This document shows, piece by piece, positions 52,456 to 63,661 of a stretch of 64,000 nucleotides of DNA (position 1 is the first letter of the stretch; each line of letters starts with the position of its first letter). Source of the stretch: Paramoeba atlantica (Eukaryota > Protista > Discosea); assembly GCA_977017575.1 (NCBI GenBank), contig CDRNVI010000070.1:186001-250000 (forward strand). Direction: 5' to 3'. The translations under genes were made by a program, and so were the position numbers. The notes below the pieces were generated by a model that worked only from the letters and a program-made list of their open reading frames with translations, had not been told where the DNA came from and searched no databases.

Positions 52456-53612
52456 ATGCTGACTACAAGAAGCAGTGCGGTATACCGACCACTTAACATC
52501 TCAGAGATTCGATTACTGAATCCGGAACGTCAATATGGTATTGAGGCATTAAGCGCAAATGAAACGAGCTCAATGAAAAGTGGCCAGCATCGCATCTCTG
52601 TTCTTGGTTGGAGTCACACAAAGAGTCCTCGCGAAACGGTGCTAGAATAGCATATATAGGAATTAAAAAGGAAACCGACCACTATTCAGAAACGGAAGGA
52701 TCTCCGGATGAACGTCAGTTTCTAGATGTGCAGAAAGAAAGACCCAGCAAACCTGGGACGTACAATATGTATGTTTCCAGCATACCTCCCGATGCCTCTC
52801 CTGAGAAAGTGGTGATAACATATCCTATTCTTTGTAATTTAAGAAAGTCTTGCTGCCCTGACAACCGAGGTCACTCATCACTTGCAGAATGGCTCGATAT
52901 TTCCAAGATCTCACTGGACGATATGGAATCTTATCTTTCATGTCTTGAATACGTCGCACATATCGGATGCGCGCAATCGGCGTTTATAACATTAAGAGAA
53001 GCCGTTCCTGTTATTCCCTCCCTTCTCTCGAAATTCATACCAAATCTAAATTTAGAAGATTATTCATATAATGGACAGAAGGTCTATCGAATTATCAGTT
53101 CGTGTGGTCGCAAGGATGTGCCCATGTCATCTCTATATCGCCATCTGTACGAACAATGGTTGGAACTCCGTCTATGTAGAACACAGGGAACACATCTCCC
53201 TTGGGGAACGCCACTTATACCGGACTATGCCGTAGACCTTGAGCTAAAGTTAGGAGCTGCTCATTTCGGGGGTTACTTCTGTGACACTTTAAATGAAACA
53301 GATGCGCAGCTCCCGCATAAGCATGTATGCACAGATGACAATCTAGGGCGATCAATACGTAAAAGAGACGAATTCTCCCCGTATGATAACATTTCTTTGT
53401 GTCGCCTTCATAATGTCTTACATTGCTGGGAACTTCCAGAGTGCCATGAGAAGTACCGAAAGGCCAATGCAGCTATCCATGCTGACACAGTATCAGCGGA
53501 GAATTTGGTTCCCCCAAAGCAGGACGACATCAAAATTATACAACACTATGGAATACGTGATGTCGATGTCGGAAGAATTGTTACGGCTCGACATGAACTA
53601 GGATTCGGCTGA
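52456..53612 (+). CDS. Divergent RPB5-like RNA polymerase subunit, apparently split over two frames
   Basis: 52456-52650 begins VYRPL...ERQYGI (RPB5 N-terminus-like). The second frame, open from 52563 to 53612, ends QDDIKIIQHYGIRDVDVGRIV (compare DPVARYFGIKRGQVVKII). Confidence 0.4.
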
Positions 53613-53861
53613 ATGCCGAAGTACCACTTCAATGGCAGCGGTACCTTAAAATAACCTTTAATGACTACATAATTTTGAAATGTAAAGATTCAGTCTACTA
53701 GCGTAATGGCCCATTTATTTCCGAAAATGAGGACGTCCACTGGTATTTTCGTTTTAGCCTTTATGTACGTACAGAGAAGAACTAATAGATGTGACACAGC
53801 GCAGTACACGTACAGCCTGTAAGTTCGTATCGCCCTGTAAGTTCGTAAAACGTCAGCGACG

Positions 53862-55382
53862 ATGTCAAATAATTCGAGTGCTAACTCCGGGGAGCGAGGT
53901 TTGGATTTGCTAACGACTCTTCCACTGCATTGGGCCCTAAAGACAGTATCTTTGTTTGCTACTCTCTACTGCGTGCGACGCGCTGATCCAGAACTATGGG
54001 GCATATCATTGCAACATGAGGTATTCCAGAGTATAGCAATCTTTATTACGCGAGAACCTGTCCGAAATACTGTTTTACGCCTTCGAATTCGTACGAATAC
54101 TGAGGCACGACGAGTTCAAAATTTGGGGAACCTTCTGGGATTGTGCATCTTTATGAGCTCATACCTTTCTCAATTCTATGCGCTTCCATACTTTTCCTCG
54201 CAATGTTCACCGTACCTATCCAAATTCTTCTTTGCAGCAGCCTCATTTGAGGCTTTGGCAGAACCTCGAGCGTTATTGCTATTTTCCCAATTTTCAACTG
54301 CATCTAAAATCAGTTTAGAATGTATTGCTTCGCTCCTACGATCTGTCTTGTGTGCGGGACTGCTAAGTTTTAACTTTGGAGAATCAGCTTATGGATTGTC
54401 ACAGCTTGCGTATGGGATCTGTATGTTTGTGGGTTACGAGACTATTCATGTTAAAAGGCTAAAACGTGATAAAGGCAAAACGAAGCCTAACGAAAAGTCT
54501 CATTCCATTCTTAACCTGCCTAAGGGCATTGGGCCCACAGTCCTACATATGGGAGCAGAATGTTTTTTACGTATGGCTCTAAACGAAGGTGAGAAGCTCA
54601 CGTTAATGGCAGTTGCTTCACATTCAAGTTTAGCACTCTATCATGCGGTTTCTCATTTAGTTTCTATTGTATGTCGTATTGTACTTAGTCCATTGGAAGA
54701 CCTCTGTTTTGGTGTATGGAGTAAACTACTTCACAATGGCCTACGCAAAGACCGAAGCAAAGCGCACAAGCTCTTACACCAACTTTTGCGTCTGGTTGTC
54801 TCTCTAGGATGGCTAATCGCCGGTATCGGAATTCCACATGCGAGCGCTATAGTCTCCATATTTTTGGGGTCAAACTGGATCACACATGCAGAATGCATTC
54901 CTCTATTTCAGATCTATTGCAGTTATGTTATCATATTAGCGGTGAATGGTTTGATGGAAGCTTTTTTTCGTTCAGCTGCGCCAAATGCGTGGCTACGTAG
55001 AGGGCAGCTTGCACTTCTAATCATTAATGGAATATATTTCACCTCTTCTATTCTTTTAACAAAAAGAATAGGAGTATTCGGTGTGGTAATTAGCAACATT
55101 TTTAGTATGGTTCTTCGAATAATTTTCTGTGGGCTGTTTGTATGGTATACACAACCTGAATTTCCAGTAGCATCATTCTGTACCATATTTTTTCCTCTGC
55201 CTTTGGTCAGCACGCTTTTGCTTTCTTACGGTGCCTCTCTTCTTCTATGCGACGTTCAAAATAACTTTATGCTTTCAATCTGCTTCGCAGGAGTCAGATT
55301 GATTTTTTCCTTATGCGTCTTCTACATATTAGAAAGAAGGTCCATTCTTGACGTACGTAAAATTTTGATCAGCATTGAATAA
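53862..55382 (+). CDS. RFT1: RFT1 oligosaccharide translocation protein
   Basis: FITREPVRNTVLR, EALAEP, LNEGEK, CRIVLSPLED, LAVNGLMEAF; many transmembrane segments. Confidence 0.85.
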   Translation: MSNNSSANSGERGLDLLTTLPLHWALKTVSLFATLYCVRRADPELWGISLQHEVFQSIAIFITREPVRNTVLRLRIRTNTEARRVQNLGNLLGLCIFMSSYLSQFYALPYFSSQCSPYLSKFFFAAASFEALAEPRALLLFSQFSTASKISLECIASLLRSVLCAGLLSFNFGESAYGLSQLAYGICMFVGYETIHVKRLKRDKGKTKPNEKSHSILNLPKGIGPTVLHMGAECFLRMALNEGEKLTLMAVASHSSLALYHAVSHLVSIVCRIVLSPLEDLCFGVWSKLLHNGLRKDRSKAHKLLHQLLRLVVSLGWLIAGIGIPHASAIVSIFLGSNWITHAECIPLFQIYCSYVIILAVNGLMEAFFRSAAPNAWLRRGQLALLIINGIYFTSSILLTKRIGVFGVVISNIFSMVLRIIFCGLFVWYTQPEFPVASFCTIFFPLPLVSTLLLSYGASLLLCDVQNNFMLSICFAGVRLIFSLCVFYILERRSILDVRKILISIE

Positions 55383-55747
55383 GCCCGGTTTGTACGTTTT
55401 CTTTGACACTCATCGTGTACGTACAGTTGTGTAACAGTTGTGAAGAATACACTCAGTTCATTATTGCACATACTACTAGGTACGGCAAGAGGTCTGTAGT
55501 GACAATATCTTTATCATCGGACTTTGGAGAGTCATTTTTTCTTGTGTGTTCTTCGGCAGGTGTTACCTCGCTGTGAAATTATTTCAAGCCCAAAGTTTCA
55601 ACCTTCCAGTACAGTAATCTAATGTAATTTTTCTGCTTTTTGACCTAGATGTTATCCACATTCGAGAAGACACAAAATCAACCTATTTTTCACATGTAAA
55701 TGCACTTCAGTCGATGTACCTATCATTGTTCAGTGCGCAATTTATAA

Positions 55748-56428
55748 ATGCCTAGTCATGTTACGCCTTGCCATGGTGTTCCTCATTGGCCAACATCGGA
55801 GTTACATAAATCTCCGTTATGGTCGGACGTAATCGTTTTCTCTCATAGTGGCCGAATGCTGCAAAACATGGGTAAAGCCCTCGACTATTCTGCTCGGGAA
55901 CGATTTAGCGCAAGTTTATCAATCTCTCAAATCAGTGCGCTTGTTTATTTGGACGCCATTGAGGCACGGTATTTATGGGATCGGGGTGAACTTATTCTGC
56001 ACGACGAGCCGAAGCAAGAATCTTTCGTACTATCCCATTACGCTGCCTTTCATGCCGACGAAAAGATAAATTCTATTGCAGAAAGGCATTGGAATGCCCT
56101 GTATACAGTGTATAAAGAGTTAAAAAAAGCTGGGTTACAAATAATGGTCGTGAGAGACAAAGAAAAGTACCAAGAGGAGGTGTCTCTGTTGATACGACGT
56201 AGAAAAGGTACTCGATCAGAAAATACGAATCCGAACTCATACGAGAGATGTAAAATTGTCTTTTATGAGGATAATTTCGATGCTGAGGTTAAAGCAGAAA
56301 TTCTTGCCGTTGTCGACCTTGCAATACCTTCTCACCCTGGTGTTGCATTTTTCACTTGCCGCTATTCAACGCTATCACCGATGTTCAATAGCTCACTGAG
56401 TCCGGCGGAACTAAGTGCTCTAACGTGA
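55748..56428 (+). CDS. SEN54: tRNA-splicing endonuclease Sen54-like subunit
   Basis: GRMLQNMG...YLDAIEARYLWDRGEL...YTVYKELKKAG matches the Sen54 N-terminal domain pattern. Confidence 0.6.
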   Translation: MPSHVTPCHGVPHWPTSELHKSPLWSDVIVFSHSGRMLQNMGKALDYSARERFSASLSISQISALVYLDAIEARYLWDRGELILHDEPKQESFVLSHYAAFHADEKINSIAERHWNALYTVYKELKKAGLQIMVVRDKEKYQEEVSLLIRRRKGTRSENTNPNSYERCKIVFYEDNFDAEVKAEILAVVDLAIPSHPGVAFFTCRYSTLSPMFNSSLSPAELSALT

Positions 56429-56679
56429 TTTTCTTATTTGATTTTAATATATTTTGTATACTGTATTCAAACTCCTTCCAATCTACGTTATTGGACTACA
56501 TAATCATCGCTGTCCCTCTACATTTCGGTGATTCTATTACCGAAATACTATGAAATGACTCTTTTTCCTTTCGCAACATTCTTTTTTTATTCCCCTTCCT
56601 TAACCCCTTTACAACGCCACCTTTTAAACCTTACACCACACAATCTCCCCTCACCTCTCCTTTCACCCCCTCTCCTTCC

Positions 56680-57300
56680 ATGACCGTTTCCTCTCCCCCT
56701 GTTCCCCCCTCCCTCAACACCGATCCCACAGAGCCCCATTCTCCCCCCTCCCCTACGGAAGACACCAACCAGTCCCCTGGCTCCCCAACGAAATCCAACG
56801 ACAACAGCAAAGACAACGTAAGCTCTTCAAAGGAGAAATCTTCTGAAGACACGGAGTTGTACCCCGAGGAGGAGCTCGCGGTCTCGGACGGGGGCGCGGC
56901 CAAGCTGGCACCGGTGCAAACCTCCACAGGGGAGGAGGACGAGGAGGTGGTCTACCGTCAGCGCGCCAAACTCTACCGTTTTGATGAGGGGGAGAACCGA
57001 TGGAAGGAGCGCGGACTCGGGGAGGCACGTATTCTGCGTCACACCAAAGAGACGCACCAGTACCGGTTTCTGCTGCGTCGGGAGGGGACGCTGAAACTGG
57101 GGTCGAACCATTTCCTGTCGAAAGGAATGGCACTGCGGTGTAATGCCGGGGATGACCGATCGTGGGTGTGGAGTACCCCCGCGGATGCTTCAGATGAGGA
57201 GATTCAGCCAGAGTTGTTTGCGATTAAATTTCCGAAAAAGGAAATTGCGACTATCTTTCATGATGTGTTTATGGAATGTGCGAAGGATTCTGCGATGTGA
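56680..57300 (+). CDS. RANBP1: Ran-binding protein 1
   Basis: TGEEDEEVVYRQRAKLYRFD....WKERGLG, SWVW, ELFAIKF. Confidence 0.93.
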   Translation: MTVSSPPVPPSLNTDPTEPHSPPSPTEDTNQSPGSPTKSNDNSKDNVSSSKEKSSEDTELYPEEELAVSDGGAAKLAPVQTSTGEEDEEVVYRQRAKLYRFDEGENRWKERGLGEARILRHTKETHQYRFLLRREGTLKLGSNHFLSKGMALRCNAGDDRSWVWSTPADASDEEIQPELFAIKFPKKEIATIFHDVFMECAKDSAM

Positions 57301-57627
57301 GGGGTGGAGAATGTTTTGATTAAGAATGAGTTTATTCTGATGCTCAAAGCTGATACAGTGCCGTGCTTTACTGTGTTAATGAGCGCATTAGATTATTATT
57401 TTCCCACACTTACATGTACGGCAAGGTGTTCACTGGGTTTCCATGTTATATTGAAATCTTGTTAGCAAATATGACACATCTAGGGATGAATAGAGACAAC
57501 AGGAAGTTGTTTCAATTGCGTATCATATTCTCCATAAAATTAGAACTTATAACTTCATAATTGATATAGCTAAAGCTAGGCGGCACATGCGCCGTGGAAA
57601 GTAAAGGAACGATTCGAGTGCAGGAAC

Positions 57628-60600
57628 ATGCCTCCAAATTTATTCCAAGAATCACATCGAGTTGTTCGTTCCGCTTATCGTTTTTACGCAACTCAGAGTT
57701 CAAACCCTTCAGCGAGCTCTTTTACAGGTAGTTCGCCCCACGCCTATCATGCAGGTACTTACCGCCCCGAAGACACGTTTCGAAAACCGGTGAGCAAGTC
57801 GTTGACCCCTACAACGCCTGACAAGGGTGAAGGCACCCATCCAACACTAGACCCTTACATACGTGTTAAGCCCAATGTCCCTTCTGTGCCCCCATTTCCG
57901 AATGCAACCGAAGCGCTCTATCGGCACACATCATTGTTAAGCCCCGATAAGGCAACAGACCTTTCCTGGCCCTGGTTGGCACGTACGAGAGAGACGAATC
58001 ACTCTTCCGATGAATCGATCTGTACTAATGAAGATGTGACTCGTGCTGATTTGGATAACTTGACATTGCCGCTTTCAGCATGGTTAGATAACTTTCACCC
58101 TAGCCATGTACTATCAAACCCACTCCAGTACCACAGCTTAGTACATCATTTATGTTCCGAAGGAAAAACCAATGTCAAGAACACCTCCGAGTTACGGAGT
58201 GAAGTTACAAACGTGCTTGAGGTGGGTTCTAAACAAAAGAAATCAATAGATCCCGATCAGGGGAAGGCCTTCGTTCGTGTGATTCAGGAGATACAAACAG
58301 TTTTGCCTTCCAAGCTCCGAGCCTCGGAGGAAAAGCAGCACAAACGCAATGCAGTCCTTGAGCACAGCTTCCATCATTATTCACTTCAATTTTCCCGTAC
58401 GCTAATCCATGTCTGGGATAAAGCAAGAGAAATTTCCAAAGAGGGAAACGTTTTTGAGGAATCTATTCTTGGGGAATTGGCCTCGGAAGATAAACAAGGG
58501 ATGGAAAGTGTTTTGAGCTATGAAACGTTCACTCAACTAACTCAAAGTATTTGTTTCCGTAATATGAGAGTTGGAGAGGCGGCCTCCGCATGGCTTTCTG
58601 AGCTCACATCCAGCGGACATAGTGAGAGATTCGGGGAAAACGTATCACATCGACTAAGAAAGTTGGGTACAATATACGAGCAAAGCATGATATACCGTAT
58701 ATTATTGACGTCTCTAGCAGAAGAATGGGTTTGTATGACTTTCTATGAATTACAACAAAGTGAGGGTGTGGCTCCACTTTTCAAGGAGTTTTTGAGCAAC
58801 CTTGCTGAAGAAGCTCCTTTGCTGCTATACAACGAATCACTGCGGGCAAAGTGGGAAACGCTAACCGAGGGTGAAGCTCGAAACGTTCATGGGATGTATC
58901 GGACCACCGGACTGAATACCGCGATACCTTTCTCCGAAATTCGATGCGCGAAACGAACAGCGTATTGCTTCATATTAATGCTCCAAGCCATAAGATCTAG
59001 CCAAATGTTGCATTATTCACCTCAATGTTTCGCCTTATCACCGAATAATGGTCTGAGTGAGATTATTTCAAAGAGTATCGTCCCGCTACCTTCCGGAAAA
59101 TTACACCCTCCTGCTGCTCTTCAAATGCAAGAAACAGAGAAGGCCATGACGAACGCACAATTTACAACGCTGGACAAGAAAAGTGATTTTTCCAGGTTTC
59201 TGGACAGCGTACTACGAAAGTCGTCTATACTTGACTTGTCGGTAGTTGCACACGAGCTATTAGCTCCTTTGCTCGACTTTCGCGATAATTCAAAAATGAA
59301 AACTCTTCTTACATTCTTAGAATTCTACGGAGCAAGCCAGACTGATCGCACTGAAACAACGCCATTTGACAAGAGTTCGTTTGCGATTTTTTGTAATCAT
59401 CGTCTGCTCAGTGCCCTACGGTATTTGCTGACATTTATGACTTTCGAACATCCTCAAAGTTATTCTCACGATGTAACCCTGACTGTTGATGGGTCGTCAG
59501 GAAACGAAAAGCAGGTCTTTCGGTTACGTCTTCCACCGGAATGGAATGATTCCTCCGAGCTCAATAAGATGGGTCAAGATATTTCCACAAGTGATTGGGT
59601 TTATCCTGTAACAGATCCATACATGCACGAAAATTCTCCTCTGCGCTTCATCGAAATCACTTTGCTTCACGAACGGGCTTTGCTACGTAGTATGCTCTGC
59701 AAAGCGCTAGCTTTGAATCCAATGCTGGCACATCACGTTGTAGACATTTTCGAGCTACGTGGGGTAAACATCATGAGTTTCAAGATTACAGAGCCTCTAT
59801 CCGGAGGGAATGTTTCTTCTAATATGACAGAAATTCAGAAAGAAAACTTAGAACATCTTGCTTTGATTCCTGATGCACCATCCTGGGCAGATGAAGGCCA
59901 AGACACAACTCTATCAAGTCCGGGAGCCGATATCGCCCAGCAACGGCTTCGGGCATTTCTATCACTTGATAAAGCAGATCATTGGAATAACTGTATCATG
60001 CGTTTGCTTCCACATTTACTCGCATCAAAAAAGGTTCTTAATGCCTTACTTTCTCTACAACATGGAACCAATTGGGAAGAACTTCAACGTGAGTTTTCTC
60101 CTCATTCGGCCCGAGGATCGGCACATTCCCCTTTTTCCAGACTATCTTACAAGGATGCAGGTATACGGGACCTTAAGGATAGTGCACAACGTGGCAATCA
60201 GACAAACGAGGAGCAAGTCTGCAAAAGACTTCTTCGCTCGCTATCTTTGTATCGCGAATTATATCAGAAACGTTACGAGATGCGAAAAGATGCCGAGGAT
60301 GTCGCTAAAAAGTGGCTATCAATGTTTCGCTCTAGTGACTACAGTTATTTTCTTCGAGACGCTGTCGCTTCTATTTCAGTTACAGGGGGTCCGCCGGCTA
60401 ACTCAGGAGCGCATCCCACAGGTGGAATAACGAAATCGATTACTCACTATACGCAACCAAATGCAAGTAACCGCAAGCACCAAAACTCGGCAAACATGTC
60501 GAGCACTTTCGCTGACGAATTAAGGCAATTTGTGACTCATTTAGCTACACACTGTAATCACGAAAAAGAAGCCGTATCGTCCCTATGCCGAAGGCATTGT

Positions 60601-61830
60601 GCTTTTTTAACGCATTTCTCTATTTTGCGGCCGATACTTGACGGTTGGGTCAAAGAAGAGTATCCTAAATGGGATTTTTTTCATCAGTGGGGTGAACTTA
60701 TTGATCAAAGACTTCAATTTGCGCTAAAAGAATGCGGTACAATCGTTCGATCCTATGAGGACAAAGAGAGCAGTCAAGCAGCACATGAGTTGCAGTCAAA
60801 ATCTTCGACGAAGTCCGGAAAGAGGATGGCTCGACGAAACTTTATGGAATCAATAGTCTCTGATAAGGATGATTACTCGCAATGCTTTGTTGATCTTTCT
60901 GTTTTGCTAAAAGGTGATTCCTTTGTAAAAGAAGGGGATTTACAGGATCATTTTGAGGAACTCCGGAGAGGGGCAACACATTCCTCCACGGCTCTTCTGC
61001 TACGAAACCTGCGAGAGATTAATATATCAGGAAAATTATACCACGTTAGAGAACGCTGTTCGGACGCTGAATTCGTGGTGCAAAGCAGAACTGCCGGTAC
61101 AATGGCTCTTCTCTTGAGTTCCTGGTACGACGCTCGACTTGCCTTACTGTCATTGGCACGTGATATCTATTTCCGGTGTACCATTGTACCGAACCGTCTC
61201 ACGGCGTTACTTGAACAAAGCATGCGCCAACGTGTGGGTCCCGTGGGTCTTTCTTCAAGCGAACATAATCTCCCCTTGGAGGTTGGACACTGCACCTACC
61301 ATGACATGAACACTTTTCGTAAGTATGATTTGGCAGGCTCCTACCAACGTTACGTGGATATACAAAACCGCAACGTTTCGCTTCGAGCTAGAGTTTGCGA
61401 CTTGCGTGCTTTTTCACACACCTATGGAGGAAGGCCGCTGCTGGACCTACAAGGAGAGCGGCGTCTTCGATCGATTGCTGGCGATCGTGTGACGGGGGGA
61501 ATACTTAAAATCGACAGTGATCGTTATGAGGGCTATGTTGACAACTGGGAGTACGGTAGTGCGCAGGTATGTAGAGTGCTGTCCGAGGCGAAAAAGACGG
61601 ATCTGGGTCCCGAATATGTGCCTACTGTAGAAGTCCCAGTTCGACGACCCAGTGGGCGGCACAAATTAATGAACAGCACCGTAGACTGGGATAGAGTAGA
61701 ACGTGCGTCAGAGAAATATTATAAAGCCTATACCGCTCTGAAGAAGACGGGCACAGTCTACGTCAGTCCTATGATGACTTGGTTGCACTACAAGAAAGCA
61801 ACTACACGACGGGGTACGGGAAGAAACTAA
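57628..61830 (+). CDS. Large (1400 aa) probably mitochondrial protein, possibly mitoribosomal
   Basis: Long ORF with an R/S-rich targeting-like N-terminus and a conserved-looking C-terminal ~150 aa. Family not confirmed. Confidence 0.7.
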   Translation: MPPNLFQESHRVVRSAYRFYATQSSNPSASSFTGSSPHAYHAGTYRPEDTFRKPVSKSLTPTTPDKGEGTHPTLDPYIRVKPNVPSVPPFPNATEALYRHTSLLSPDKATDLSWPWLARTRETNHSSDESICTNEDVTRADLDNLTLPLSAWLDNFHPSHVLSNPLQYHSLVHHLCSEGKTNVKNTSELRSEVTNVLEVGSKQKKSIDPDQGKAFVRVIQEIQTVLPSKLRASEEKQHKRNAVLEHSFHHYSLQFSRTLIHVWDKAREISKEGNVFEESILGELASEDKQGMESVLSYETFTQLTQSICFRNMRVGEAASAWLSELTSSGHSERFGENVSHRLRKLGTIYEQSMIYRILLTSLAEEWVCMTFYELQQSEGVAPLFKEFLSNLAEEAPLLLYNESLRAKWETLTEGEARNVHGMYRTTGLNTAIPFSEIRCAKRTAYCFILMLQAIRSSQMLHYSPQCFALSPNNGLSEIISKSIVPLPSGKLHPPAALQMQETEKAMTNAQFTTLDKKSDFSRFLDSVLRKSSILDLSVVAHELLAPLLDFRDNSKMKTLLTFLEFYGASQTDRTETTPFDKSSFAIFCNHRLLSALRYLLTFMTFEHPQSYSHDVTLTVDGSSGNEKQVFRLRLPPEWNDSSELNKMGQDISTSDWVYPVTDPYMHENSPLRFIEITLLHERALLRSMLCKALALNPMLAHHVVDIFELRGVNIMSFKITEPLSGGNVSSNMTEIQKENLEHLALIPDAPSWADEGQDTTLSSPGADIAQQRLRAFLSLDKADHWNNCIMRLLPHLLASKKVLNALLSLQHGTNWEELQREFSPHSARGSAHSPFSRLSYKDAGIRDLKDSAQRGNQTNEEQVCKRLLRSLSLYRELYQKRYEMRKDAEDVAKKWLSMFRSSDYSYFLRDAVASISVTGGPPANSGAHPTGGITKSITHYTQPNASNRKHQNSANMSSTFADELRQFVTHLATHCNHEKEAVSSLCRRHCAFLTHFSILRPILDGWVKEEYPKWDFFHQWGELIDQRLQFALKECGTIVRSYEDKESSQAAHELQSKSSTKSGKRMARRNFMESIVSDKDDYSQCFVDLSVLLKGDSFVKEGDLQDHFEELRRGATHSSTALLLRNLREINISGKLYHVRERCSDAEFVVQSRTAGTMALLLSSWYDARLALLSLARDIYFRCTIVPNRLTALLEQSMRQRVGPVGLSSSEHNLPLEVGHCTYHDMNTFRKYDLAGSYQRYVDIQNRNVSLRARVCDLRAFSHTYGGRPLLDLQGERRLRSIAGDRVTGGILKIDSDRYEGYVDNWEYGSAQVCRVLSEAKKTDLGPEYVPTVEVPVRRPSGRHKLMNSTVDWDRVERASEKYYKAYTALKKTGTVYVSPMMTWLHYKKATTRRGTGRN

Positions 61831-62341
61831 ATCGTTTACTGGGTCTATTTAATATTTTTAAATTGTACTTTTAGCAGTTAATTAAACTATTAAATAGAAG
61901 TCTATTAAAAAGTTGAGTGCTCTAAATACGAGGAACCGCATTTATTATGTCAACGCACTGAATATATTAAAGATTTCTGCAAGCGTAGAAAATGTACATT
62001 CCGATTGTTGATACCCATTTGTTTCTACGCTGTGTCTTAAACTCGAAAAGTACGAATAAAAACTATGTGAAGCAGAATTTCTTTAAAGTAAGTTTCTACT
62101 TACAAGTTTTCAGAAACATTTTCGTGAGAAAAAGCGAACTAGCATTCTGATGATATTTTCACAGAGTTTCCGAAGTCGTGCTGTTGAGCATACCATATGA
62201 TTGAATAACCAATCCACGAAGTAGAAGGTCGCTCACATGCTAGATATACCGACACGCAATCACCCCTTGTGGCATATTACGTTAGTAATCTTACGGGGTG
62301 AAGGCGTTGTATAGACAAACAATTCGCTTGAATATCGCGGG

Positions 62342-63661
62342 ATGAGTTGCAGTGCGCAGTTTACACAACACACTCTTCGCGTCAATGGAATAAGTTTTAG
62401 CTCTGGAGGGCGATACTTAGTCTCTTCTTCTGAAGATCACAACATACACCTTTATGACTGTGTTTCTGGAGTCCACCTGGCTGGGTACGAAACAACACGT
62501 GGGTGCGAATTCGCCCAATTTCTTCCTTTCTGCGGTAACCAGATTGATGATACTACCGATCCTATGGTAGCCCACACCTCCAGAAAAGAAGGCGCATTCG
62601 ATCTTTGTGCATTATCACTCGCAACAGCACAGTATAGCGGGTACTACAGAGGCCATCAAGCCGAGATCACGAGTCTATCTGCCTCCCCTCATGACCCACG
62701 GGGCGTGCTTGCGAGTGCCTCTCTTGACGGCACGGTGAGACTGTGGAGCACTTCGTACAGTGGACCTCTTCTAGAGATTCGAGATCTGGAAATTAAAGGT
62801 GGCCGTTTGCTCTGCGAATTCGACCCCTCGCAACCACGTGTGTTAGCAGTTGCGGATGGAAATCGAAAACTGATGTTGTACGACGTTCGCAACATGTCCG
62901 CCGGACCCTTTGCCAAATTTACTCTGCGATTCCAGAATACATCGGAGAAATCATACTCATCGTTTTCAACCTCACTACACCTTCATGATGGGTTTTCGCA
63001 AAAGCGTTCGGTATTTTCTCGTGCCAACGTTTCGTCCTGGGCGCGTAACACTCGAAAGGTGGGAACACTTGATGTTACCACCCGCCCAGACTCCACACCC
63101 TCTCTACTTCCGCTGTGCGCTTTATGTTTTTCGGAGGATGGGGCATTCATTGCCGTTACTTCGTTGAATGATGAGGTCCTTGTGCTGGACGCATTGACGG
63201 GGTCCTGTGTGGGTGAGATACACACACCGCTAAGGGGAGATGCCCATCCCAGTTCTCGTGGTCTTCACTGCGCTTTTGCTCCCACATATTGGTCGAACCG
63301 CTGGTTGGGAGGGGCCAATCGAATAATAACAGCAATGTCAGAGGTTGATGGCACTGTGTCCCTACAGAAACCTGTTAAATGGTCAGAAAATGGTGAGGAT
63401 CGCAAGAGAACGAACAACAGTAAGGAAAGTCAAGTGTTCCCTGTTCTTGCTAAGGGAACTCGTCAGGGTACAACCCATTTTTGGAATGTGCGCACCCGCA
63501 CTACACTACAGATTCTACATTCTGACCGACACTCGAATAGCAGCGTTTCCCCAACTCGTGGGCACTTCACATCTGTTTGTCATGTTAAATTCAATCCGCG
63601 ATACGAACAGATGGCAACTGCTCTTGGCAATGGCGACGTTCTGCTATGGGCTTCTGGTTGA
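62342..63661 (+). CDS. WDR82: WD40 protein WDR82/Swd2-like
   Basis: GRYLVSSSEDHNIHLYDC, YYRGHQAEITSLSASP...SLDGTVRLW, KLMLYDVRN...GPFAKF, KFNPRYEQMATA. Confidence 0.75.
   Translation: MSCSAQFTQHTLRVNGISFSSGGRYLVSSSEDHNIHLYDCVSGVHLAGYETTRGCEFAQFLPFCGNQIDDTTDPMVAHTSRKEGAFDLCALSLATAQYSGYYRGHQAEITSLSASPHDPRGVLASASLDGTVRLWSTSYSGPLLEIRDLEIKGGRLLCEFDPSQPRVLAVADGNRKLMLYDVRNMSAGPFAKFTLRFQNTSEKSYSSFSTSLHLHDGFSQKRSVFSRANVSSWARNTRKVGTLDVTTRPDSTPSLLPLCALCFSEDGAFIAVTSLNDEVLVLDALTGSCVGEIHTPLRGDAHPSSRGLHCAFAPTYWSNRWLGGANRIITAMSEVDGTVSLQKPVKWSENGEDRKRTNNSKESQVFPVLAKGTRQGTTHFWNVRTRTTLQILHSDRHSNSSVSPTRGHFTSVCHVKFNPRYEQMATALGNGDVLLWASG

Larger units (their letters stand above)
751..63661 (+). other. Unidirectional, intronless polycistronic gene cluster (kinetoplastid organisation)
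   Basis: Every credible CDS is on +. No cis-introns are needed to read the genes (the split RPB5-like locus aside). Pyrimidine tracts ending in AG precede many starts. Confidence 0.85.
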
